A DNA stretch of 64,000 nucleotides from the human T2T-CHM13v2.0 reference genome, Homo sapiens. How positions within the stretch are numbered: the first letter of the stretch is position 1; every line of letters starts with the position of its first letter. The notes beneath the pieces were generated by a model. That model had not been told where the DNA came from. It did no database searches and worked only from the letters and a program-made list of their open reading frames with translations. The translations under genes and the position numbers were made by a program. Shown in pieces: positions 17,666-32,160 of the stretch. Location: assembly GCF_009914755.1 (NCBI RefSeq), contig NC_060937.1; one strand, 5' to 3'.

Positions 17666-18469
17666 ATGCAGATAACTTATTTTTAAACAACAATAAGATC
17701 TGTCAACACTTGCTAAACTAGAATAGTTTAACAGATAATGATTTCCTGTAGAAATGATGATTGGGGGGTTTTGGTAACTTTCAAAGAATAACTAAACATC
17801 CTTACAATTTAATGATTATATTGAGATTTGGGCATTTCAATTGCCTTTGGTAATCTAATTTTAAATTCTCATAGTTACATTTCTGTATTATAAAATATAA
17901 CTCTTTTATTGATATTCTTATGGAGGTTTAAAAAAAGATCCCAACTGAATTGTATTGATGGTTACATTATCCTTTGTTATGTGGAACAGGGCCAAACCAC
18001 TTGTTTACATTTCACATGTACCATGCTGTTTCTCTTTTATTTTTCTTCACATGAATAGACAGAAGAGGTTTGCTTTCTAAAATTCTCAGGCTGGCAGTGT
18101 TTTATAAGAACTGAAACCAATTCAGAAAATGTAATGTAAAACACCATCTAAACACAATGAAAATCTTAGTGGGGCTTCTCTGCTTTTCATTTAAGTTCCA
18201 CAATATTCAATGTTGTAGGGATTGAAGCTGAAGCATCTTCTGGAGTGTGAGAGAGAAATAGAAACACATGCCAAAGAACAATTCCAGTGCCTCTTTATAC
18301 AGGTATCTTAGTTAAATTCAAGAGGCATCATACAGATAAATAGAAATACTGTTTCTTTCCTTCTTTTCCTCCTTGGTTAAATTTTTCACTTCCTGTCAAC
18401 ATAGAATTCCTTTATACAGTTTTGTCTATAACAATGACATTTAACTTAAAAAACATGTTCTGACAAACA

Positions 18470-19304
18470 TGTTCTAAACAAACTCAAAGTGTTTTATTTT
18501 TTTCTATTCTTTCATTCAACAACAATCAACAGAAGAATTCTGCGATGAAATGTGTGAGAGTTTTCCCACCAACAAGAAAGCAATCAGTTCTGCAGGGAAC
18601 ACCAGTTGGGTGTCTTCTAATTCGATTCTGACACCATCTACCTAAAGATAGTGTCAGATTCCAAAAGGTGAGGGCTCAGTCCCCAAGACTGCCTCCCTCG
18701 ACTTCAGATGCCAGTTAAAAGCTCCAAGCTGTCTGACTTGTGCCTATAACTGACTGGCTCTAAAATGGGGTTCCCATGCCACTGCCCTACTTGGGTTCGA
18801 TTAATTTGCTAGAGCAGCTCATGGAACTTAGGGAAATATGTCTGTCTACCAGTTTATTATAAGAATATTACAAAGAGTATACATGAAGAGATATATAAGG
18901 CTGGGTATGGAGGAAGGGGTATGTATGGCACCTCTGTGCCCTCCCCAGGAGTGCCACCATCCAGGAACTTCCATATATTTAGCTATTCGGAACCCTTCCA
19001 AACCCTGTCCTTTTTGAATTTATGGAGGCTTCATTACTTAGAGATGATGTAAACCTTTGGCCATTCATGATCAACTTAAGCTTTAGCCCCTTTCCCCTCT
19101 CCACAGGTTGCGGGTGGGGCTGCAAGTCTCAACTCTCTAAACGTGCCTTGGTCTTTCCTGTGACCAGTCCCTATCCTGAAGCCCCCTATGGGCTTCAATT
19201 CCTTAGCATACAAAACGACATCACGTTGGAGAGTCTAAGGAGTTTAAGAGTGATATGTCAGGAAATGAAGTCAAAGACCAAATATGTATCTTATAATAGC
19301 ACAC
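18470..19304 (-). mobile_element. MER21-family LTR
   Basis: ctgacaccatctacct...agggctcagtccccaagactgcc...ttaatttgctagagcagctca...tttatggaggcttcattac. Confidence 0.85.
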
Positions 19305-19362
19305 ATTTACAGTATCTGTACAAATCAATTATAGTTTTCCCCATAGCTGCGCACTCTTTTTT

Positions 19363-19860
19363 CTTTTATTTTTATTTTTTCTGTTTACACATAATTTACT
19401 GAATTTTTAAAAATTATACTTTAAGTTCTAGGGTACATGTGCACAACGTGTGGGTTTGTCACATAGGTATACATGTGCCATGTTGGTTTGCTGCACCCAT
19501 TAACTCTCTACGTTAGATATTTCTCCTAATGCTATCCCTCACCCTACCCCCAACCCCACAACAGGCTCCCGTGTGTGATGTTTCCCTACCCCGTGTCCAG
19601 GTGTTCTCATTGTTCAATTTCCGCCTATGAGTGAGAACATGTGGTGTTTGGTTTTCTGTCCTTGTGATAGTTTGCTGAGAATGATGGTTTCCAGCTTCAT
19701 CCATGTCCCTGCAAAGGACATGAACTCATCCTTTTTTTGGCTGCATAGTATTCCATGGTGTGTATGTGCCACATTTTCTTAATCCAGTCTATCATTGATG
19801 GACGTTTGGGTTGGTTCCAAGTTTTTGCTATTGTGAATAGTGCTGCAGTAAACATACATG
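19363..19860 (-). mobile_element. L1PA (~PA5-7) 5'-truncated 3' end
   Basis: ttatactttaagttctagggtacatgtgcacaacgtg...; ~17-bp TSD agctgc(gc/ac)(a/g)ctcttttt at 19345 and 19861. Confidence 0.93.
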
Positions 19861-19939
19861 AGCTGCACGCTCTTTTTCAAATGACATATCATCTTTCTGG
19901 TGTACAATAAAAGAAATGTAAAATGAGAATTACATAGTT

Positions 19940-20725
19940 TAGGATGGCGATTATAAAAAAGACAAAAGATAACAAGTGTTGGCCAGGAGATGGAGAAATG
20001 GAATCCCTTGCACACTGTTGGTGGAAACGTAAATTGGTATGGTCATTTTGGAAAGCAGAATGGAAGTTTCTCCAAAAATTAAAAATAGAACTACCATATG
20101 ATCCAGCAATCCAGCTGCTGGGCATATATCCAAAGGAGATGAAATCAGTATGTTGAAGAGATATTTGCAATACCATGTTCATTGCAGCATTGTATACAAT
20201 AGCTAAGGCATGGAAACAACCCAAGTGTCTGTCAACGGATAAAGTAATTTTCTATAGACACATGAAATATTACTCTGTCTTAAGGAAGGAAATTCTGTCA
20301 TTTGCAACAACATGAATGAATCTGGAAGACATGTTAAATAAAATAAGCCACCACGGAGAGACAAATACTGCATGATCTCACTTATATTTGGAATCTAAGA
20401 AAGTCAAACCACAAAAGCAGAGAATATAATAATGGATGGTTACCAGGAGCATGGATGGGGTTTAGAATTGGGGGACTGTGGTCAAAGTTTTAGTTGTGTA
20501 GGATGAGTAAGTTCTAGGCATCAAATGTAAAGCATGACTATAGTTAATAATACTACATTGTATACTTGACATTTGCTAAGAGAATAAACCTGAAGTGTTT
20601 TCATTATACACCCACAAACACACAGCACCCATGTGAGGTGATGGATACATTAATTAGCTTAAATGTAGTTAATCACTTTATGATATATCACATTATACAA
20701 CTTACATATATACAACTTTTATTTT
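19940..20725 (+). mobile_element. L1MA (~MA8-9) 3' portion
   Basis: ORF2 C-terminal peptide ([24 protein letters not shown]) plus L1MA 3'UTR (gactatagttaataatact...tttgctaagaga). Confidence 0.9.
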
Positions 20726-23570
20726 TTTAAAGAGTACATAATACGAGTCACTCAAAAAGTGTTTTGAGTACACCTTTAAAACCAAGTCTTGATTTTCCTT
20801 TAAAGACACAGTTTTATGGTTTCTCTTTGCATGAATATATTATAATTTTAAAAATATATTAGAAAACTACATTTATTATCCTAATTTTTTGTAATAATGT
20901 GAATACTATAATAAATATAAATACATTTTTAAAGTCAAGGGAGAACTACAAATAGAAACAATCTTTGTAAAGTCTGTAAAATGATTTTTCAAAGGAATAA
21001 ATCATTTCTAAGGTCCTTTAAAATGTACATCTGTTGTCTAACCACCAACATTTTGACAACAAGGAAACTGAAGCCCAGAAGTCTTATACTGCATTAGTTG
21101 TAGAGCTGGGATTAGAACCTGTACATCTTTGGACTCTTGGTTTAACAGCTTTTCTCTGATGCTTTGCAGTTGAAATTTTCACTCTAAAACATATTATAAC
21201 ATGGGGTGTTTTTTTATGTTTTTCAATTTAGTGTAGTATTATTTTTTGATTGATGCAGTTACAACATTAAGATATCAAAATTTCATTTCAACTAATGAAG
21301 ATATTTACCTATATATTTTTTTAAATTTAGATAATTAATGAAAAATAAATTTCCACTGCCTACTACCAGACTACTAGCAAACAGATATCCAGATATGTAC
21401 ATCTATCTTATTTTTCAAGGAGAAATGGCATTATTTATATTCTGTTCATATACTGATTAGTGGCTTATTTTCTTTGGGTTACTTTGCTTGCTTTTAGCTT
21501 TACGTCATCCTGGGCCAGACCAGAAATTAGTTCTGTGGGTTTCTACACAGGTATTACTTGCTGCTGCAGCTAGGAATCAACTGCTGCCCCTGACTGATAG
21601 GAGCTGAGGGCCACTCTCAGGTTATAGAGGAGAGAACATAATTCACCCTTTCCCAAGGCATTTGCTCTCCGTGGTATCCTGTACTTTGTAAGAATGAAAT
21701 TTGAAATGAATATTTGTTTCATTAAATCCCTGTTCCCATTTTCTTTATAAAGGTCAACACAATTGAAATTACATGCAAGGCTACCACATTATGTATTTAT
21801 CTTTTAAAATGTTCCCTCTTGTATTACTGATGAAAAGATATAATTTCACTGTTGCTGTCAAGTTAAAGTCATGTATGCAAATGTTGATATTGAAGTTCCT
21901 GTAGCACAGTACGTTGAGTGTCAGAAACATATTTATTAATATTTATAGACACAATGTCCTCTTTTGTATTCTTCTTTCCTTCCCCTTGTAGAATGTGTGC
22001 AGCTTGTTCCTCTATACAAACGAACTATGTATTTTTCACTTGGAAATAGAAAGTCCATAAATTTAGAGGAATCTTACTTTTCCCCCCAAGAAATGTTATT
22101 AGTAGTCTGTTAGTGAAAATTTTTTAGAGCATCCTGAAAGATTTAATAAATTATGTAATCAATAAAAATCTTAAAGGAAGATGTTTATATGACAAGATCT
22201 TATATGCCTTACTAAATTTTAAATGCTATTTGGTACTGAATATTGAAATCCATTGGTGGTATATACCACTGCTTAGGTTATATATTTCATTAGGAGCTTA
22301 TGCAGTGATTAATTATGTTCAATATTAGCACCAGCAAAATTTATGCTTCTGAAACCAGCTAGGTTTCTGCCTGATTTCTTGAAACTGTGGTTATTACAGA
22401 ACTGGGGAGTTGAGTATTAATTTTTACTTTTAATATACCACCTCTTTCTGACAATTATTTGTGGCATTTCCACAGAGGTATGGGATAAACTGGTGGGTAG
22501 TGAGGAAAGAAGTAAGTGCATGTTGTTTGCCCAGAAATCCAATCCTTCAGTTGGTATTGTCTCAATTTCTTCTTAATGTATGTGTTTCTTTTGATTTAAT
22601 ATATGTAGAGCTCTGGATTCATTTTTCACTTCACTGCAATTACTGTAGTGTTTTTCTAACAATAATGTCGCACTTAGCAGTTATCATAAAATTGGGCTTC
22701 CAGTCAGTGATTAGGTAAAGGAAAGTAAATGATCTGAATGTATAGTTTACAATTTTATTACAAAAATGATCCTAAATTATTCTGGGGATCAGAAGTGGAA
22801 CACTGAACATTTGTCCTCTACCACTACAGGTGTCAAAAGTTGAATTTATGTAGCAAGAAATAGAGTATTCTGCTGGGGGAGTAAGTAGTTGAGAATTTTG
22901 GGGATTGAGGACATGATAATGATAAAATGGAAAGGTGATATGGAAAAATTTCTCCCCAGGTAACATCAAAAGGTATAGTTCTTTCAAAATTTTAGTTTAG
23001 AGGTTCCAAATACGATCTGAATTTGGTCATTTAAAGGAAGAAATTAGTAGGGACAGAAGGAGAGACGATTTTAACAGATATGTGAGATACATTGCTGCAT
23101 CTTTTACAACTGTTTCACAAGTTGTCGTTAGTTTTTCCAACATTTATTAAACTCCTGAGAAATACACTATGCTAGATACTTGGAATTGAAAGATCAATTT
23201 CATTTACTGAGTTGAAGAAGCTTTCCCCTTCCTGGTAGGGAAGGGTGATGAGACAAGAGGCAATCATAGCCTTGTGTATGAGTACTGGTCTGTTGAAATG
23301 CAGAGAAGGAAGCACTTATTTCTTCCAAGATAAGAAAAAACAGGTATCAGAAGTGGAATACTGTCTCAAAAACTGGTTAGAGAGAACTAGATTAGAATAT
23401 TTTGAGCCTAGAACTTATATTTAATTTTTGCTTTTATCTTAGCTTTATGTGATTGGCAAGGTATCTTGCCTTTCTAAAGGGACTGAGGGACTTGTCAAAG
23501 GAATACAAGTCTCTACATCAGCGGCTATGACACTTGTCATTTTCAGAGCTGTTTTTCTTTGCTTGACGCT

Positions 23571-25911
23571 TGTATTAGTCCATTCTCACACTGTTATAAA
23601 GAACTGCCTGAGACTGGGTAATTTATGAAGAAAAGAGATGTAATTGACTCACAGTTCCACATGTCTGGGGAAGCCTCAGGAAACTTGCAATCATGGTAGA
23701 AGGTGAAGGGGAAGCAAGGCATGTCTTACGTGGCAGCAGGAGAGAGAGAGAGCACAGGGGAAATTGACACTTTTAAATCATCAGATGTCATGAGAATTCC
23801 CTCACTATCACAAGAACAGCATGGGGGGAACTGCCACCATGAGCCAATCACCTCCCACCAGACACCACCCTCAACATGTGGGAATTACAATTTGAGATGA
23901 GATTTGAGTGGGGACACAGAACCAAACCATATCATTCTGCCCCTGGCCCCTCCTAAATTGCACATCCTTTTCACATTTCAAAACCAATCATGCCTTTCCA
24001 ATAGTTCTGCAAAGCTTTAACTTATTCCAGCATTAACTCAGAAGTCCAAGTCCAAAGTGTCATCTTAGACAAAACAACTCCCTTCCAACTATGAGCCTGT
24101 AAAATAAAAAACAAGTCAGTTACTTCCAAGATACAATGAGGATACAGGCATTGGGTAAATGTTCCTGTTCCAAATGAGAGAAATTGGCCAAAGCAAAGTG
24201 GCCATAGGCCTTATGCAAGTCCGAAACTCAGCAGGGCAGTCATTAAATCTTAAAGCTCCAGAATGATCTCCTTTGATTCCGTGTCTCACGTCCAGGGCAC
24301 ACTGATGGAAGGCTTGGGCTCCCAAGGCCTTGGGCAGCTCTGCCCTTGTGGCTCTGGTGGGCACAGCCCCCACAGCTGCTTTCACAGCTGGCATTGAGTG
24401 CCTATGACTTTTCCAGGCTCATGGGGTAAGCTGTTGGTGGATCTGCTATTCGGGCGTCTGGAGGACAGTGCCCACTTACAGCTCCACTAAGCAGTACCCC
24501 ATTAGGGACTCTGTGTAGGGTCTCCAACCCCACATTTCCCCTCTGTACTGCCCTAATAGAGATTCTTCAGGAGGGCTCTGCCCCTGCAGCAGACTTCTGT
24601 CTGGACATCCAGGCATTTCCATACATCCTCTGAAATCTAGGCAGAGGCTCCTAAAGCTCAACTCTTATCTTCTGCACACCCACTGGCCCAGCACCACATG
24701 CAAGCCACCAAGACTTGGGGCTTCCACTCTCTGAAACAATGGCCTGAGCCATATGATGGCCCCTTTTAGTAACAGCTGGAGCTGGAGGGGCTGGGAGGCA
24801 GGGCACCATGTCCCAAGGCTGTGCAGAGCACTGAGGCCCTGGGCCTGACCCATGAAACAATTTTTCCCTTGTAGGCTTCTGGGCTTGTGATGGGAGGGGC
24901 TGGTGTGAAGATCTCTGAAGTTCCCTGAAGACAATTGTCTTGGCTTTTAATATTCAACTTCTCATTATTTATGCAAATATATCCAGCAGACTTGAATTTC
25001 TCCCCAGAAAATGGGTTTTTCTTTTCTACTGCATGGTCAGGCTGCAAATTTTCCAAACTTTTATGCTCTGCTTCCCTTTTAAACATAAGTTACAATTTCA
25101 ATCATTTCTTTGTGAATGCATATGACTGTACGCTTTCAGAAAAAGCCAGGTCACCTCTTAAATGCTTTGCTGCTTAGAAATTTCTTCTGCCAGATATCCT
25201 AAATTATCTTTCTCAAGTTCAAAGTTTCACAGATCTCTAGGGTAGAGGCAAAATGCTGCCAGTCTTTTTGCTAAGGCATAGCAAAGTGACCTTTGCTCCA
25301 ATTCTCAATAAGTTCCTCATCTCCATCTGACACCACCTCAGCCTGGACTTCATTGTCCATGTCGTTATCAGCATATTGGTCAAAACGATTCAACAAGTCT
25401 TTAAGAAGTTCCAAACATTCCCACATCTTCCCGTCTTCTTTTGAGCCCTCAAACTGTTCCAATCTCTGCTCATTACCCACATCCAAAGTTGCTTCCACAT
25501 TTTCATGTTATCTTTATAGCAGTGCCTCACTCCCAGTACCAGTTTTCTGTATTAGTTCATTCTCACACTGCTATAAAGAACCCCCTGAGAGTCAGTAACT
25601 TAGAAAGGAAAGAGGTTTAATGGACTCACAGTTCCACATGGCTTGGGAGGCCTCAGGAAACTTACAATCATGGTGGAAGGTGGAAGGGAAGAAAGGCACA
25701 TCTTACATGGCAGCAGAGGAGAAAGAGAGCACAGGAGCAACTGCCACTTGTAAACCATCAGAGTGCGTGAGAACCCCCTTACTATCATGAGGACAGCACA
25801 GGGGAAACCACCCCCATGATCCAGTCACTTCCCACTAGGTCTCTCCCTCCACACGTCAGTATTACAGTTCGAGTTGAGATTCCAGTGGGGACACAAAGCC
25901 AAATCATATCA
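23571..25911 (-). mobile_element. Full-length THE1D/MSTA MaLR provirus: LTR 23571-23934, internal 23935-25547, LTR 25548-25911
   Basis: Two LTRs and an internal region with broken ORF pieces (…DNEVQAEVVSDGDEELIENWSKG…); TSD acgct/atgct differing by CpG decay. Confidence 0.94.
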
Positions 25912-26279
25912 ATGCTAGAGTTTTGAGAATAAGGAAAAGCTGATATTATTTTATATTTTGGGGATGAAATGTCAGTATAATTAGTACACATAGAGCAAAA
26001 CTACTTTTGGCTTCTAGAATAAGGCGTTCTGTTTTGGTTACTGATGTTTAACTATTTGCACACCTTAGATATTTGCACACTTTTTTATTTTATTCATGCA
26101 TATCCTGCCTTCATAAAAATTAAGAGCTTCATGTTAGTTAACATTACTTTAAAACTATTTTAAAATTTATTTAAATCACTTAAAAAGTAACACAAATATA
26201 TACCCCATATTTTGATTTTCTCAATTTTATTAAATTTATCTTAAAGAGAAAATAAGGAAGAGAAAGTAAAATCATTAAA

Positions 26280-26500
26280 GATACAAGCTTTGGAATGATA
26301 CCTAGATTTCAGTTTCAGCTGTCTTAGTTTCCAGCTTTATGCTCCGAAGACATTTATCTCTCTTTGATTCAGCTTTTAAATTTGAAAAATAGAATACTAA
26401 AAGTATATACCTCGTATGGGTGTTTAAGGAAAAATCAAGTAGTTTGCCATTGTGCCTTTGAAAAAGTAATCATGCAGTAAGTGCTAGTTTTTAATAAAAC
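26280..26500 (+). mobile_element. MIR
   Basis: agctttggaatga...cagttt...aaaatagaatactaa...cagtaagtgct. Confidence 0.6.
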
Positions 26501-27138
26501 AATAATAGCAGCATTGTTAGCGTTATAGATAGATAATACACCTGAAAAGTGAAGAAGGTAGTTTTCCCTTATGTTAAAAAATGTATTCTTTATTCTGCTT
26601 TTCTCCCCATACTAGTAGTAAAATAGTAGTCAACATTCCTCATAAGAGTCCTGGGGATTTTCCCCTGGGAGCATTAGGCTGTGGAACAAGGTCATTGTCA
26701 CCTCACTTTTTTTTGTTTTCTACTATGACCTCATGTGTCTCGGTCACAAGTGGGTCTGAGCTGGGACTTCAGCTCCTGGCTCTCTAGTCTTGACCTGGGC
26801 CCTTCAGAACTTGAAAGTTGTCTCTCTTTTTTTTTCTCATTCTGTTTAGGGTCCTTAGTAGTGACATATCATAGGAAGCTAAGCTCTCAAGTCTTCAGAT
26901 AGCCAGTGTCTCACAGCAGCATTTCACTGAAAACAGTCTCTGCCTTCTCTTTAATTACAAGAAAATGTCTTGGGAATTGCTGTACAGTTGCACCATTTTG
27001 CGAAACCTTCTTCAACATCTGCAAACTTCAACATACATGGAGAGGATCTTTATCTTATGTAACAAATGTGACAGATCATCATTACTCTTCACTTAAACAG
27101 TGATTCTGTTATGCAGTCATGTTTGGATATCCCTGGAG

Positions 27139-27330
27139 AGTGGTTTGCCAGAGCTAGCTTACACCAGCTTGCTGGAGGTCATCAGGAATTTTGTGAGCAG
27201 GTTGATGTCATCTTGGTAGGTTGAAATGAGCCATAGTGAGATAATTTACACCATGACCAGCAGATGCTATAATAAATCAAGTTTCCTCCCTCAGCCAGAA
27301 CTGGTTCAACTTCTAGTATAAGACCTCTGA
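27139..27330 (+). mobile_element. MER63A-like (hAT-Blackjack) DNA transposon fossil
   Basis: tcaggaattttgtgagcaggttgatgtcatcttggtaggttgaaatgagccatagtgagataatttacacca. Confidence 0.75.
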
Positions 27331-29397
27331 CACCAGTATTCGAACATTTTGGGCTGGAGTAGTAGTAGATGCATAATATGCCTCCTTCATTTTAAACATT
27401 GAAAAATCCTACAAAAGTCCTAACATTTTCCTCTAATAATTTCACCTTTAGCTTTTTCCACCACTCCTGCAGTAAAGAGCCAGCACGCTCTTTTTATATC
27501 TTTTCAACCTATTTAATAATAGCATGCATTTTGGCATTTGTGAAATCGTTACATTTAATTTATTATAACCCAAAGCAGACTGTGATTATATTTGTCCCTA
27601 AATGATGTGAATAACCAAGGGAGCGAGATATTGGAATATTTAGATTGCTTTTCTTAAGTAAAAGTAAACTTTGCAGCAAATATTTTATTTCATTTATATC
27701 AATATATTTAAAGTGTATGACTATAACCCCCAATTTGGCCATATTCTTAATTCTGTTAATTTATTATTTTAGCACGAAATCTTATTTTGAGGATAGGGTT
27801 GAACAATAGTTCTTTGGTATCATGGTATGGATAGATCTCTCAGAGATTCTGGTTTGGTAGATTCTACTTATTACAATTGCTCTTTCTTACTGCCAATATT
27901 GAATTCTCTTACGTTGTACCCACTTAGGGAGATATTTTAAAACATTTATCTCTAGTTCTTCTGTGACTATTGGCTCCAGCTCTGAAGCATAATACTGAAA
28001 GAGTAGTCTGACTGAGGTAAGCTTCACAATACCTTTGAGTAATGATTTGATTTAGAGCTTAAATGGAATTGTAGCACATTGTATGTATGGTCTTATTTTA
28101 CGGTATTGAAGTTTGCACAGAAATGATTTACAGATAGTGGTCCATTGTTTTACTTGAAGGGACCTTGATACTTACTGAATAGCTTTAGCTATCCAAATCA
28201 TTCTAAAATGATTTTATAGAAGTCATTGTGGATAAAGCGAAGAACATAGGGGTTTTTTTTCCTATAAAAATTCATGGCAAGCCTATTGACTTTCTTTGAG
28301 CTATGGGGTAAAGCCGGCTGTTAGATAAAATCCCTAACTCTCTTTTAAAACTTACAAAGGAAAGATACTTTTTAGTATAAATTTTGAAAGCTGTAAGTAG
28401 CCCTAGACTCCTTTAAGAACTTGTTCTTCACTCTTGCAGAAGAAAACAGAAGGGAGTGTGCCGTTATTAAGTATTAGGTATACTAGAAAAAGGTAGAAGA
28501 CAAACGTCTTTATACTCAGTTCTTATTCAAAGAGTAGCTGTGTTTATGTCCTTCACTTTCTTTTTGTTCTTTATACAAAAGTAGCAGCTTGAATAGAAAC
28601 TGTGAGAAGTGTACTCTAAATAGGAACTGGTATGTGTGATAAAGCTTTAAAGGGTAAATACTTTGGATCTGACTTTTCACTTTTATTCAGTTTCACTGTA
28701 TTTTGTCATTCAACTTGATGTTTTCTTGTGCTTCCAGATTGGGAATGGTGGCTGAAACACTCTCTTTCATTGTTTCCATGAGTCTCTTAGATCTTTCTGC
28801 TAATAAGACTAAATAAATGTGTTACTCGCAGTGACATGATTTAGTCACAAAAACGTTTTTCTGGGGATCCAGCTAACTGAAGTTTTCAAATCTAGTCAAG
28901 CAGTTATTGAGCATTTGATGATTTGGCATGGGAATTAAACAAGTGATTGTAAGAAACTCAAATAACTCCTTAATGGAAAAAAAATGAAAAAAAGGCAGAT
29001 TAAGGAAATTGACACTTGAATGAAGAGTTTAATATGATTTTGACAAAAATCCTGAATATTCATTTTATATATGTTATTGTCAAAGCTCTGGCTAAAAACG
29101 ATTAAATTGCAAATGGTATTGAAAAGGGAAGCATTCAGCAGTTGGATAATCCAAATGCAGGAAGGTGCTCCCAGATCAGTCAGCCGAATGATTCTAAATG
29201 GAAACAAGTGCCAAAGAAACCTAAGGTCCCAAATAAATGAACTAATTGCAGCTTTCATCTCATTTATTCATGTACAATTATGGCTTTTTGTCAAAAAAAG
29301 TTTCTGATGATCAGAAACCTTTTAAAGTCTTCATTTTCCATGGATCTTGGTATATCCATTTATATCAGTTGTTTCACAATCTGCTTTGAATGTCTTA

Positions 29398-29793
<396 letters not shown>

Positions 29794-30425
29794 CTAATGG
29801 AGAAGAATGGAAAATATGGCTTATGTATATTTTCAGTTCTCATTGTAAATTCAGTTCTTATTGGTAAATTACCAATGGAGAAAGGATGTATAAGTGTGTG
29901 GATGATCAGAATTACTCATGTACTCTGGAAGATAAGAACTTTTGAGAATCTGAAGTTAGATGAAGTCTGTGAATTTATTGGAAAGATGATTTTTGAACTA
30001 TGAAATGAGGCTTGGGAGGTAAGAAAACCATGTAGGCAGATTCAAAAGGAGGAATGGATGTGGTGACTCTAGGAAGAGCTAAATGTGGAGTGACTCTGAG
30101 GTGACAGGACCCAGGTGAGCTTTCAAAGACACTGTGCTTCCCAAGTCCTTCTTGTTCTTTCCAATTTATTTCCAGTGATTTCCAAAGGAGTGTTATAATC
30201 ATTGGGCTTGAGAAAATTAGTTCAAAGACTGGAATTGTCATTAACAACTCTATTTTTTTATTTTCTCTATGAATCACCTTGTATTAATATTTCTGAATAA
30301 AAAACCCCACATAATAATCTGTAATTAAAAGCAACTGAGTGCTCATCTTTGAACTAAGATTTGGGACCATGCCAGGAAGCAAAACAATCTCAGCCTTTGG
30401 CCTTGTGGAACAGACAGTGGCGGGG

Positions 30426-30494
30426 AAGATAGATAATGAACAGCACTGAAATGCTACACAAGATAGATAATGAATAGCAGTGAAAATGCTACAC
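30426..30494. repeat. Tandem duplication, 2 x 34 bp
   Basis: aagatagataatgaacagcactgaaatgctacac / aagatagataatgaatagcagtgaaaatgctacac. Confidence 0.9.
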
Positions 30495-31569
30495 AACAGA
30501 ACTTACAGAGGAGTCTGGGAGCATTAAAAAAGGGTGCTCCAAATGATTAGCACAGGCCACCGAAAGGAAGCAAAACTTAAACAGGTCTGTGAATGCAATT
30601 GAGTAACTTCCATAAATCTTTTTCCAACACCTTCTCAGTCTACTAGATATTCTTTAGAGGTAATTAGGTACTTGAATCATGTATGTGATTCCAAAATCAA
30701 TGATTTAGAGCCATCTACAACATACTCCTTCCAAGTCTGAATCAGAGACTTGACATCTGGAATTGTGCAGTTAATGAAAATTGGGGTTGGGGATATTTCA
30801 GATGAAATATTCTTGGTGCTTTATTATTTTTAATGAAATGAGAAGCAGCATTTCTTTTTAGCTGCTCCCCTCTGAGAAGTTGCACTGAAGCATAATAATA
30901 CAATTTTTCTTTTTTGTGAGAAAGGACAGTCTGCCCTGCTGAGAAGACATAGTGGCTTTGTCTTGGAAGGCCATTATAGATTATATATTGCTCACCTAAG
31001 GTTCGGATATTTCATGATTATATATTATGATTTAAGTATAAATTAACTTTAGAAGAACAGAAAATAATTTTCTTATTAAAGTTGAAAAACATATTCTCCC
31101 CTTTATTCTCTCTATCCCTCATTATTCATAGAAACCCTATGTGTTACCCATATGTACATATATATATAGTAACAATAAGTTTACAAATACAATTGCACTC
31201 TTTTTCCCTTTTAAATATATTATCTTAGATATACATTGCCTATGCAAATCTAGCCAAGTTAATTCTTTATACCTCAGTTTTCACTTCTGTAAAAGAGAAA
31301 TGAAATGATTTTATAATGTAAAGTGTTTGAGCAATACTATGCATGCATTTAGAGTTTGTCAGATATTGGCTGTTGTTAGGGCAGTCCATACTGAGAAAGT
31401 TGATTTTGTTGAAAATCAGTTTGCTAAAGTTAAATACTCTGCATTGGAATTAATCCTCAGAAAGAAAAAATGGTGGATCGATGGAGAATGATTGAGGGTA
31501 TTTAGAAATGTTGAAATTCACTGAAGACTACTTTAAAATTGGGCATTGGGAGAGTTGTCCCATCCTTAA

Positions 31570-32160
31570 TTTTTTGACCACACTCATTAACCATATCTAA
31601 CACATCACTGAATCCTGGAAATTGTAATTCCTCAATTTCTCTGAAATCCTGTTTGTTGTTTGTTTGTTTGTTTGTTTTGTTTTGTTTTGTACATAGCCCA
31701 GTCCATGGCATTATCATTTTTTGGCTTGGCCATTGCTGTATCTTCTAGACTTCGACAGCCATATTCTGATCCCCGTTCTTCTTCACAGTGTGGCCAGGAT
31801 GCTCTTTTATAAGTGCCATTCTAAATATGTTAATTATCTAGTGAAACCCACTGAGTGACCTTCCATGGCCTTGTGAACAAATTCAAAATCCATTAAATGG
31901 CCTGTGAAGACTCTGAGATCTCTCAAATCACTTCTTCTCAGGCTTCATTTTTAGCTCTACGCCTTTGCTCTCTTTTCTCAGTGTCTGACGTGTATCACAT
32001 TCTCTCATATCCCAGGAAAATTACATGTGCTATTTTCTCAGTCTGGGATTTTCTCTCTTGTTTCTCTGACATTTGTTACATATGATTTAGGGCTCAGTTA
32101 AGACATCACCCTTTCATTAGAGTGGCCATTTCTGACATTCTTGATAGGATTATCATGCCT
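31570..32160 (+). mobile_element. L2 fragment
   Basis: L2 motifs (cttcacagtgtggccagga, aaattcaaaatccattaaatggcct, gggctcagttaagacatcacc). Confidence 0.7.

Noticed and set aside
26654-26663. Perfect NF-kB-type motif GGGATTTTCC
   Set aside because: A single degenerate 10-mer is expected about once by chance in 64 kb on two strands, and there is no supporting context.
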